NCBI GenBank assembly: GCA_965243205.1
Contig: CBDEUK010000002.1
Coordinates: forward strand, 2,016,001 to 2,080,000
Source: Gammaproteobacteria bacterium
Lineage (GTDB): Bacteria > Pseudomonadota > Gammaproteobacteria > Eutrophobiales > Eutrophobiaceae
Length of the DNA: 64,000 bases
Direction: 5' to 3'
Position 1 is the first letter of the stretch, and every line of letters starts with the position of its first letter. The position numbers were made by a program, and so were the translations under genes. The notes under the pieces are model-generated. The model made no database searches, was not told where the DNA came from, and saw nothing but the letters and a program-made list of their open reading frames with translations. Positions 10,481 through 18,814 of the stretch are shown piece after piece.

Positions 10481-11842
10481 ATGTTACGGCTAATCCTAAG
10501 TTTGTTAATTTGTCTGAGCCTTATTAGCTGCAGTTCGATTAAAAATTTTACCAATTCATTTGGCGATGAAGATAATGCAACTCCGCCAACACCTTTAACA
10601 AATTTTCCACAAACTTTGGTCATTAATGAATTATGGTCAAAAGACGTGGGTGATGGCAGTGATAAAAAATACCTCAAATTAGCTCCTGAAATTCGTTCAG
10701 CCCAAGTTTTCATCGCAGAAAATGGTGGTGATATTTTTTCACTCGATAGCAGTTCAGGCGCACAAACATGGGATATCGATACAGACCAACCAATCTCGGG
10801 CGGACCAACTGCTATAGAAGGCCGTGTATTTGTTGGTACTCAAGAAGGTGAAGTTATCGCTTTTGATTCAGAGAGTGCTGAGCAATTATGGAAGGCACGG
10901 GTTAGTAGTGAAATTTTATCGAAGCCTGCAGTTGAAGATGGTGTTGTGGTAGTAAGAACCATCGATAGCAAATTGTTTGGTCTAGATGAAGCGACTGGTG
11001 AACGCTTATGGGTATATGATCATAAAGTACCAACACTTACCTTACGTGGCACAGGTAATCCATTAATTGATTCTGGTTTAGTCTTCAATGGTTTTGATGG
11101 TGGTAAGTTAGTCGCCCTTGAATTAATTACGGGAAAAACTATTTGGGAAGCCCGCATTGCCAGGGCCAAGGGTGGTAATGAATTGGATCGTATGGTTGAT
11201 ATCGATGCTGAATTGATTATTGATGCAGGTACTATCTTTGTTTCAACGTTCCAAGGTAATGTTGCTGCTGTTGATGCCAATACAGGACAAATAGTTTGGT
11301 TACGTGAAATATCATCTTATGCAGGACTTGCGGTCTCTGATGATTATGTTTATGTCAGTGATGAAGATAGTAACTTATGGGCATTAGATAGATTCTCTGG
11401 TGATTCTGTTTGGAAACAAGAAAAACTCTTTGCTCGTTCAGTTACAGCGCCAGCCATTCATAATGATTATGTCGTAGTCGGTGATTTCGAAGGTTATCTG
11501 CATTGGTTTAATGGTGAAACTGGTGACATGGTTGCAAGAACACAAGTCAATGACTCACGTATTATTGCGACACCAATCGTCGAAGATGAAAAACTTTATT
11601 CTTATGCTATTGATGGCACCATGAGTGTTTATGGTATAGAGGGCACTAGAGAACTTACTTTAAGTGAAATAGAAAAGTTTGAAGAGGAGAAACGTAGGCA
11701 ATTAGCGAAACAAAAAGATATCTCCGAAAATTATGAAGACGATTCAGATTCTGACGGCTTTTCATTTAATCAATTATTCGATATTTTTAAATCGGATGAT
11801 GATGAAGAGCAAGATGAAGAAGAAAAAGATATTGATGAATAG
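10481..11842 (+). CDS. bamB: Outer membrane assembly lipoprotein BamB with acidic C-terminal tail
   Basis: Lipobox LISC, PQQ-like beta-propeller repeats, LTLRG motif; synteny. Confidence 0.9.
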   Translation: MLRLILSLLICLSLISCSSIKNFTNSFGDEDNATPPTPLTNFPQTLVINELWSKDVGDGSDKKYLKLAPEIRSAQVFIAENGGDIFSLDSSSGAQTWDIDTDQPISGGPTAIEGRVFVGTQEGEVIAFDSESAEQLWKARVSSEILSKPAVEDGVVVVRTIDSKLFGLDEATGERLWVYDHKVPTLTLRGTGNPLIDSGLVFNGFDGGKLVALELITGKTIWEARIARAKGGNELDRMVDIDAELIIDAGTIFVSTFQGNVAAVDANTGQIVWLREISSYAGLAVSDDYVYVSDEDSNLWALDRFSGDSVWKQEKLFARSVTAPAIHNDYVVVGDFEGYLHWFNGETGDMVARTQVNDSRIIATPIVEDEKLYSYAIDGTMSVYGIEGTRELTLSEIEKFEEEKRRQLAKQKDISENYEDDSDSDGFSFNQLFDIFKSDDDEEQDEEEKDIDE

Positions 11843-11882
11843 TTTTTTCTTTAATCATATTTAATTCAATTTTCAAAACCTA

Positions 11883-13283
11883 ATGAAACCCGTTATTGCC
11901 ATCGTTGGAAGACCTAACGTTGGTAAATCCACTTTATTTAATCGCTTAACTGATACTCGAGATGCACTTGTCGTTGATCGACCAGGTGTTACTCGCGATC
12001 GTCAATTTGGTATGGCGGAGTATGAAGGTTTTGAATTTATCTTAATTGATACTGCTGGTTTAGGTGAAATCAATCCAGATAACGAAGCCATGTTAGAGCA
12101 TGTCGAAAAGCAAACTTTTCAAGCAATTGAAGATGCGACTGCAATCATGTTTGTGGTTGATGGCCGTACTGGCATTAATCATGTTGATGAAACCATTGCT
12201 GAACAACTGCGGCCTTATAATAAAAAATGTTTTCTAGCGGTAAATAAAACTGAAGGGTTAGAAAAAAGTACTGTTGTTGCTGACTTCTACCAGTTAGGTA
12301 TGAACGAACCTTATGCTATATCTGCGCAAAGAGGTTCAGGTTTAAAACAACTTATTTCAGATATGTTATCGGATCATCCTTACGATGCTACAGAACATGA
12401 AGAAGAAATAGGTGATGCATTAAGAGTTTGCGTGCTTGGTCGACCTAATGTTGGTAAGTCGACATTAATTAATCGTTTCTTAGGTGAAGAACGATTAGTG
12501 ACGTTTGATCATCCAGGTACTACACGTGATAGTGTTTCAGTCGACTTTGAAAAAGACGGCAAGAAATATGTCTTAATTGATACTGCTGGTGTTAGACGAC
12601 GTTCGAAAGTTAAAGATGAAGTTGAAAAGTTTAGTGTGGTTAAATCCATGCAAACGATCAGCATGTCGAATATTGTGATCATCGTAATGGATGCACATGA
12701 AGCAATCACCGATCAAGATGTGACTTTATTAGGTGCTTGTTATGATCAAGGTAAGGCCTTAATCGTTGCGGTGAATAAATGGGATGGTATTGATCCTACA
12801 CAACGAGAAAATATAAAAGAACAATTAGAACGTAAACTTAACTTTTTACAATCACCTATTATCCATTATATTTCTGCACTACACGGAACCGCAGTCGGCG
12901 ATTTATTCAAATCGATAAACCGAGTTGGTGAATTATTAAAAACCGAATACACCACATCTGAGATTACAGAGATTTTAGAACGCGCTATTGAAAGCCATCA
13001 ACCGCCATTAGTTCGTGGCCGAAGAATCAAACTACGTTACGCACATGTTGGTGGTAAAAATCCATTTCGTATTATCATTCATGGAAATCAAACTGCTTCT
13101 GTACCAAAAGACTATACTCGTTATCTTGCGAACTTCTTTCAAAAATTTTTACGACTCGAAGCTATACCTGTAATGATTGAATACAAGTATGGTGATAATC
13201 CTTATGCCGATAAAAAGAATAAATTGACCAAACGTCAAGTAGAGAAGAAGAGGCGCTTAATGAGGCATGTGAAAAAGAAGTAA
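11883..13283 (+). CDS. der: Ribosome biogenesis GTPase Der (EngA)
   Basis: Two GRPNVGKST P-loops, two DTAG and NK motifs, KH-like C-terminus. Confidence 0.97.
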   Translation: MKPVIAIVGRPNVGKSTLFNRLTDTRDALVVDRPGVTRDRQFGMAEYEGFEFILIDTAGLGEINPDNEAMLEHVEKQTFQAIEDATAIMFVVDGRTGINHVDETIAEQLRPYNKKCFLAVNKTEGLEKSTVVADFYQLGMNEPYAISAQRGSGLKQLISDMLSDHPYDATEHEEEIGDALRVCVLGRPNVGKSTLINRFLGEERLVTFDHPGTTRDSVSVDFEKDGKKYVLIDTAGVRRRSKVKDEVEKFSVVKSMQTISMSNIVIIVMDAHEAITDQDVTLLGACYDQGKALIVAVNKWDGIDPTQRENIKEQLERKLNFLQSPIIHYISALHGTAVGDLFKSINRVGELLKTEYTTSEITEILERAIESHQPPLVRGRRIKLRYAHVGGKNPFRIIIHGNQTASVPKDYTRYLANFFQKFLRLEAIPVMIEYKYGDNPYADKKNKLTKRQVEKKRRLMRHVKKK

Positions 13284-13310
13284 GAAGAAAAAGTGTTTTT
13301 CTTTTTTATT

Positions 13311-13500
13311 GTTCATTTTCTTTGCTTGTCCAAAGAAAACGAACCAAAAGAAAAGACACCCGGTCGCCTTGTAACCCTTCATTCGTAATCAGTCATCACG
13401 CGTCGCTCAGACGAAACATCCATGTTTCGCCTCGCTAAAATTTATATCCTATAAATTTCCCGCTATGCCTGCTTCCTCACTCGGCAAGGCTCAACGAGAT
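13311..13500. repeat. Multi-hairpin intergenic element (REP/MITE-like or structured RNA)
   Basis: Stems GTTCATTTTCTTTG/CAAAGAAAACGAAC, CGAAACAT-CC-ATGTTTCG, AAATTTATA-TCC-TATAAATTT, enclosing GCCTTG...CAAGGC. Confidence 0.55.
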
Positions 13501-13933
13501 TTTCTTAGTTAAAAATTTCGTCATTTGTCATCAATACGTATCGGTTATATACGAGGCTCAATCGCTGATAAGTTATACCCTCCTGCAAAAGTTCCCTCAG
13601 TTATTCCTCAATCCTCAGCACATCAAATATGAAAAAAATACTCCGAATTTAGCTAATTCTAAAACCTATCAGGATTTTATATTTAAGTTTTAAGTCCATT
13701 ATTTATAAATCATACTGAAAAACTAATTTATTAATTTATAGTCTTATAATTAAAATATAAAGGCCTAAGAGGCTAATAAATATATTATTAAGTAAATATG
13801 GAATTTATTTTGTAATAAAAAACTAATTGATTTTTATAGATATATTTTATTAAATTATCTAAAATAGCCTTTAGTTAAGAAGATTTTATTTGTGGTCGAT
13901 ACACAATATAGATTTTTATATGAGGTATTATCT

Positions 13934-14146
13934 ATGACCAATATTAAACATAAACCTTCAGAAACAAAAAGGAATGATCATATGTCCAGTTATGACAAAA
14001 TAACTGAGGAATTACAAAAGCAAGATATCTCACCACTGTATAAAAATTCTGAAAGTAGCTCTGTAGAGCTAGAAAGCAGATTCGTGTTTATTTCAGATGA
14101 AGATAAAGGGACTTCAATATATGACTGCCTCGCAGGATCAAGATAG
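13934..14146 (+). CDS. Small hydrophilic hypothetical protein (70 aa) overlapping the protease gene
   Basis: GAGGT RBS at 13922-13926 before ATG 13934; open frame in very AT-rich DNA; overlaps the next gene. Confidence 0.6.
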   Translation: MTNIKHKPSETKRNDHMSSYDKITEELQKQDISPLYKNSESSSVELESRFVFISDEDKGTSIYDCLAGSR

Positions 14147-14963
14147 ATTAAATCAGTTTCCTAGAACAAAAGAATCTCCAATTCAATCCCCTAAATACTG
14201 GGTTAAAGAAAAAGATCGATATCTAAGACAGTTACTTATAAGTGATATTCAAGAGTTAACTGGACGAGAACTTGCGGTCTATTTTTCAGTTAATAATGAT
14301 CAAAGTGGATCATTAGATTTTAATGATGCTGATGATTTATCTGAAGTATTAGATGGCTGTGATACTAAAGATATAGATTTGTTAATTCAAACTCCAGGAG
14401 GAAATCCAGATGCCTGTGAGAAGCTTATTAGTATTCTAAAACAACATTTAGACAGTTATCGTGTATTAATCCCTAGTTGGGCAAAAAGTGCTGGAACAAT
14501 AGTTGCCATATCTTCAGAAAAAATATTAATGGGCATTAATTCTGAGTTAGGTCCCATTGACCCACACTTTAATGGAATTCCTGCCGAATTTATTAAAGAT
14601 GATCCTCAACAAAATTACCCTACAAAAAAACTTGCACAACATGCCATAGAAAGAACAAAACAATTAGCAAAAAAAGTATTAACAGACGGAATGCTTAAAG
14701 ATTCAGATGAAAGATCTATTGATGATTTAGTTTCTAAATTATCTTCTACAACTAATTATTATTCTCATGGCGCAGTTATAAATGCTATAGAAGCAAGCGA
14801 ATTAGGTTTAAATGTCGAATATATAGATCCAATTGATGATTTGTGGAAGAAGATATGGCTATTATACTGCATGTATGACTATGATTTTAAAATTAAAGGA
14901 TATGCAAAAATTTTTGAAGGTAAAAAAAATAGTATTACTAGATTGTTACCAAGAAAAACTTAA
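14121..14963 (+). CDS. SDH-family ClpP/crotonase-fold serine protease, no signal peptide
   Basis: IDLLIQTPGG, AKSAGT (nucleophile Ser), SELGPIDP, SHG; ATG 14121 after AAGGGA (alternative start 14097). Confidence 0.8.
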   Translation: MTASQDQDRLNQFPRTKESPIQSPKYWVKEKDRYLRQLLISDIQELTGRELAVYFSVNNDQSGSLDFNDADDLSEVLDGCDTKDIDLLIQTPGGNPDACEKLISILKQHLDSYRVLIPSWAKSAGTIVAISSEKILMGINSELGPIDPHFNGIPAEFIKDDPQQNYPTKKLAQHAIERTKQLAKKVLTDGMLKDSDERSIDDLVSKLSSTTNYYSHGAVINAIEASELGLNVEYIDPIDDLWKKIWLLYCMYDYDFKIKGYAKIFEGKKNSITRLLPRKT

Positions 14964-15364
14964 TTTTTAATTAGAGTCTGATCATCTTGATTAATCATAT
15001 GATCCGCTGTATTAAAAAAACTTCCCATTAAATGGATTTTAAACACAGGATCCAATTCCATATCATCTAATGCTTTTTTCATGCAGAGTAACCATTGGTC
15101 GCGTTCGTTTGGGCCAATAGGAAATGGTAAATGTCGTGCGCGTAAGCGTGGATGTCCAAAGGCTTGGATATATAGATCAGGGCCGCCCATCCAGCCACTG
15201 AGGAACATATAGGTTTTTTTTCTCGAATTACTTAAGTCTTTTGGATGTAGGTCAAGGATTGGTTTGCATTCAGGTAATGTTTCCATATTGTCATAGAAAC
15301 GTTTTACTAATTCTTTTAAACCTGCTTCACCACCTATTAGCTGATATGGAGTTTGTCCACTCAT
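14960..15364 (-). CDS. Group II truncated hemoglobin
   Basis: YQLIGGE, FLSGWMGGPDLY, GHPRLRARHLPF, ERDQWL, ADHMIN. Confidence 0.92.
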   Translation of the reverse strand: MSGQTPYQLIGGEAGLKELVKRFYDNMETLPECKPILDLHPKDLSNSRKKTYMFLSGWMGGPDLYIQAFGHPRLRARHLPFPIGPNERDQWLLCMKKALDDMELDPVFKIHLMGSFFNTADHMINQDDQTLIKN

Positions 15365-15491
15365 TTTAAATCTACCTGCGTTGCCATTACTTCGTTAACC
15401 ATAAAATTTCATTCGGTCATTTATTATCAATAAACTCCCTCTTGAAATCTTATGTATGCCTCGTACTAGCTGCCTCGCTAACGATTTAAAA
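15364..15491. repeat. ERIC-like 128-bp palindromic miniature element
   Basis: Terminal inverted repeat TTTTAAATC/GATTTAAAA, internal stem CATAAAATTTCA/TGAAATCTTATG, central TTTATT-ATC-AATAAA; motifs CTGCGTTG, GTCATTTA..TAAACTCC, GCCTCGCT recall the ERIC consensus. Confidence 0.65.
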
Positions 15492-15511
15492 ATATAATTT
15501 ATCATAAGGCA

Positions 15512-15994
15512 TTAACATTCTAAGATAGATACAGGTGTATCAACTTCAACCAGATCAAATAATTCAATGATATCGTTGTTTCTCATACGTACACAGCCAC
15601 GAGAGCCTGGTTTGCCCATTTCAACATCGTCTGGAGATCCATGTAAATAGATATAACGATCATGGCTATCGACACTACCACCCTTGTTATTTCCTTCTTC
15701 CGTACCGCTTAACCACATTATGCGAGTTAGGATCCAGTCTCGGTCTGGATAGATAGTACGTAATTGTGGTTGGTAAATTTCACCCGTTGGTTTTCTTGCA
15801 ATAAAAACTGTATTAATAGGTTCATTCGCACCAATTTTTTCAGAAATAATATGTTGGCCTCTTGGGGTACATTCGCTGTCTTGAATTTCGCCCACACCAT
15901 TTTTTGCTGTTGAGATTACATATTCTTTAACTAATGCATCATCTTCATATAAAGATAAAGTTTGTTTTTCTACATTGACAATGATTTGCTTCAT
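15512..15994 (-). CDS. L,D-transpeptidase (YkuD) family protein
   Basis: TPRG, YIYLHG, GSRGCVRM catalytic motif; probable ATG at 15994. Confidence 0.88.
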   Translation of the reverse strand: MKQIIVNVEKQTLSLYEDDALVKEYVISTAKNGVGEIQDSECTPRGQHIISEKIGANEPINTVFIARKPTGEIYQPQLRTIYPDRDWILTRIMWLSGTEEGNNKGGSVDSHDRYIYLHGSPDDVEMGKPGSRGCVRMRNNDIIELFDLVEVDTPVSILEC

Positions 15995-15995
15995 T

Positions 15996-17321
15996 TTATT
16001 GTTTAAATACAGCGATTGATTCAACATGGGCTGTGTGAGGGAACATATCCATCACACCTGCGTGCGTGAGTTTAAAACCTTTTTCATCTACTAAAATTTC
16101 AGTATCTCTTGCTAAGGTTGCAGGATTACAAGATACATACACAATGGTTTCAACGTTTTTTAAATTCAGTTTCTTTAAGACAATATCTGCCCCAGAGCGG
16201 GCAGGATCTAATAATATTTTATTATAGTTATTATTGAATAGGCGATCATTCAAATCTTCTTTGGCTAAATCCATAGCATGAAATTCAGTATTGGTAATTT
16301 GATTACGTTCTGAATTCAACTTTGCTCTTTCGACTAGCTCGTCTAATCCTTCGACACCAATGACGGAGTTACAATATTTGGCAATCGGTAAAGTAAAATT
16401 ACCAATACCACAAAATAAATCCAATACATTATCTTCTGATTTCAATTCCAAAAAGTTCAAAGCCAGATCAATCATTTGACGATTGATATCTATATTGATT
16501 TGTGTGAAATCAGTTGGTCGAAAATAAATAGTTATGTCGTGATTGGGCAAGGCATATTCTAAATCAGATTCATTTTCTGGATTTAAAATATGAATGGAAT
16601 CTAATCCTGAAGGTTGTAAATAGAATACAATATTATGTTGTTGTTCAAACTCGCTGAGTAAATCTAAATCATCATCGGTTAATGGTTTTAGATGGCGTAA
16701 GATAATAACTGTTTTGTTATCACCGATAGCAACTTCTAATTGCGGTATTTGATCTTTAATTGAAATATTCGTAATGAGTGCTTTAAGCTCATCTAGTTTT
16801 TTGCCAATGGAAGGATGTAAAACTTCGCATTGTTCTATTTGCGCAATAAAGTTCGAACGTACTTCACGGAAACCAATTAATACGGATTCTTTTTTAATAA
16901 CGTACTTTACGCCAAGTCTGGCTTTACGGCGGTATTCCCAATGCGGGCCAGTTAAAGGGGGTAATATGGTTTGTGGTTGTGATTTACCTATATGCTCTAG
17001 TTGTTCCAATAAAACATTTTGTTTCATTAGAATTTGTGCCTCTGGATACATATGTTGCAAACTACAGCCACCACAAATTCCAAACGCCGTGCATTTTGCA
17101 TCAACTCGATCATCTGATTTTGATATGACTTCAGTGACATAACCTTCATCAAATTTAGAACGTGAATAGCTATATTTAAACCAAACATCTTCATTGGCTA
17201 AAGCGCCACGAATGAAAGTAGTTTTGTCATTGACTTTGGCTATGCCACGACCTTCATGGGAAAGCGCGTGAATATGTGCTTGAACTGCTTCTTCAGGCAG
17301 TTTTTTTCGTTTACGAGACAT
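15996..17321 (-). CDS. rlmD: 23S rRNA m5U1939 methyltransferase RlmD
   Basis: TRAM domain, CGGCSLQH, LDLFCGIGNF, YVSCNPATLARD, DMFPHTAHVE. Confidence 0.95.
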   Translation of the reverse strand: MSRKRKKLPEEAVQAHIHALSHEGRGIAKVNDKTTFIRGALANEDVWFKYSYSRSKFDEGYVTEVISKSDDRVDAKCTAFGICGGCSLQHMYPEAQILMKQNVLLEQLEHIGKSQPQTILPPLTGPHWEYRRKARLGVKYVIKKESVLIGFREVRSNFIAQIEQCEVLHPSIGKKLDELKALITNISIKDQIPQLEVAIGDNKTVIILRHLKPLTDDDLDLLSEFEQQHNIVFYLQPSGLDSIHILNPENESDLEYALPNHDITIYFRPTDFTQINIDINRQMIDLALNFLELKSEDNVLDLFCGIGNFTLPIAKYCNSVIGVEGLDELVERAKLNSERNQITNTEFHAMDLAKEDLNDRLFNNNYNKILLDPARSGADIVLKKLNLKNVETIVYVSCNPATLARDTEILVDEKGFKLTHAGVMDMFPHTAHVESIAVFKQ

Positions 17322-17333
17322 TAATATAATTCG

Positions 17334-18110
17334 TTAAGATTGCCAGACTTCTAGAAATTCTGTGAAGTGAGCTTTGTTTTCATCTTCGAGATATTCTTTG
17401 AGACGATCACATTCCATTTCATAAGTGGTAGGTGTTTTATTACCGCGCATTAATTCATAACGTAAATAAACTAAATAGGTATTCAATACATCGGTTTCGC
17501 AATAATCGCGAATCGCTTCGATATTATTGTCTTGATAGCATTCCCAAACTTTAGAACCATCCATCCCCATTTTACCCGGGAAACCCAACATGGTAGCAAT
17601 TTCAGTGAGCGGTGCATTGGCACGTGGTTGATAACCTGCTAACACATCCATCAAGTCAGTGTGACGTTCATGATAACGGCTTAAATAATTATTCCATTTA
17701 AAACTTTGATCATCGCCTCCGTTTTCCCAGTACTGTTGTGCATTGATGCTATGTAATAAAGCCCGATAATGCAGTACGGGTAGATCAAAACCACCACCAT
17801 TCCAAGAGATTAATACAGGACTGTATTTTTCGATGCCATCAAAAAATCGTTGAATGATTTCTGCTTCATCTGAATCCGTATCACCAAGCGACCAAACACT
17901 GAGTTTATCATGACTAGAAAGCACAACCGATATAGCGACAATTTTATGTAAGTGCAAACGTAGAAAGTCTGATTTGCCATCAGTTTCTTGTCGTCTTTGG
18001 GTAAACATAACGTGCGCGATTTGATCATCGTTTAAATCGCCCAAATTATAAATTTTACGCCCAGATTCGATATCTGGAATGGTTTCAATATCAAAAACTA
18101 ATTTATTCAT
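17334..18110 (-). CDS. PolB-like 3'-5' exonuclease
   Basis: VFDIETIPD (ExoI), SWNGGGFDLPVL (ExoII), YCETDV (ExoIII). Confidence 0.88.
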   Translation of the reverse strand: MNKLVFDIETIPDIESGRKIYNLGDLNDDQIAHVMFTQRRQETDGKSDFLRLHLHKIVAISVVLSSHDKLSVWSLGDTDSDEAEIIQRFFDGIEKYSPVLISWNGGGFDLPVLHYRALLHSINAQQYWENGGDDQSFKWNNYLSRYHERHTDLMDVLAGYQPRANAPLTEIATMLGFPGKMGMDGSKVWECYQDNNIEAIRDYCETDVLNTYLVYLRYELMRGNKTPTTYEMECDRLKEYLEDENKAHFTEFLEVWQS

Positions 18111-18128
18111 GTAATTATTTTTATAATG

Positions 18129-18737
18129 TTATTTTTGTTTCCAGCTACCGCCACTTTTATACCACCAACCGCCAGGCGCATTGGCAATCCATCGTCGTGC
18201 AAATGTACTTTTTATTTCAGCTTCCCATTCAGGATGCCCATTGGCGCGCGCAATTTCTGCATACAGGTTTTTGCGATCGCGATTATCATCATTCACCAGC
18301 TTTTTAGCGATATTACGTTTATCTAAAGAAACAGCTTTAATATCCTTTATGGTAATGAAACCATTGTCTTCCATACCCACAGCGCCACTGGTATAGAAAG
18401 GTGTTAATTTTTTGTGTCTAGATTTCATTTGCGATTTAATTTTATTAATCGCGGGTGATGAAATATTAATATCTGCTTGTTGAGCGTGAGCTGCTGGTAT
18501 AAAAAAGTTCATCACAACAAATGCAGCAGAATCTAATATGTTTAGGGCGCTAGTTTCAGGTTCTGTCTCAGCAGCTTTTTCTGAATCATTGGAGCTTTTA
18601 TCCTTGCCGTAAATTTCATTAATAATTTTATCCGCGGCATCTTCTGCAGCTGCGGCTGGGAAATACACATTAATTGTGACGCATGCTGCCAATGTTAAAA
18701 AGAAAAAAAGATTAGGTATTTGTCGTATTGTTTTCAT
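18129..18737 (-). CDS. YdbL/DUF1318 family lipoprotein with YnbE-like N-terminus
   Basis: Lipobox LAAC followed by VTINVYFPAAAAE; NRDRKNLYAEIARANG, FARRWI. Confidence 0.75.
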   Translation of the reverse strand: MKTIRQIPNLFFFLTLAACVTINVYFPAAAAEDAADKIINEIYGKDKSSNDSEKAAETEPETSALNILDSAAFVVMNFFIPAAHAQQADINISSPAINKIKSQMKSRHKKLTPFYTSGAVGMEDNGFITIKDIKAVSLDKRNIAKKLVNDDNRDRKNLYAEIARANGHPEWEAEIKSTFARRWIANAPGGWWYKSGGSWKQK

Positions 18738-18814
18738 GCTAAAGCCCCTAAATTTTTCCATAGTGTATCTTGATTTGTTTTGACCTGCGATAGTTTATAA
18801 AATTCGATATGTAT

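Noticed and set aside
13594-13619. Three CCTCA repeats (CCCTCAG, TCCTCAA, TCCTCAG)
   Set aside because: Too short and irregular to separate from chance; no associated ORF
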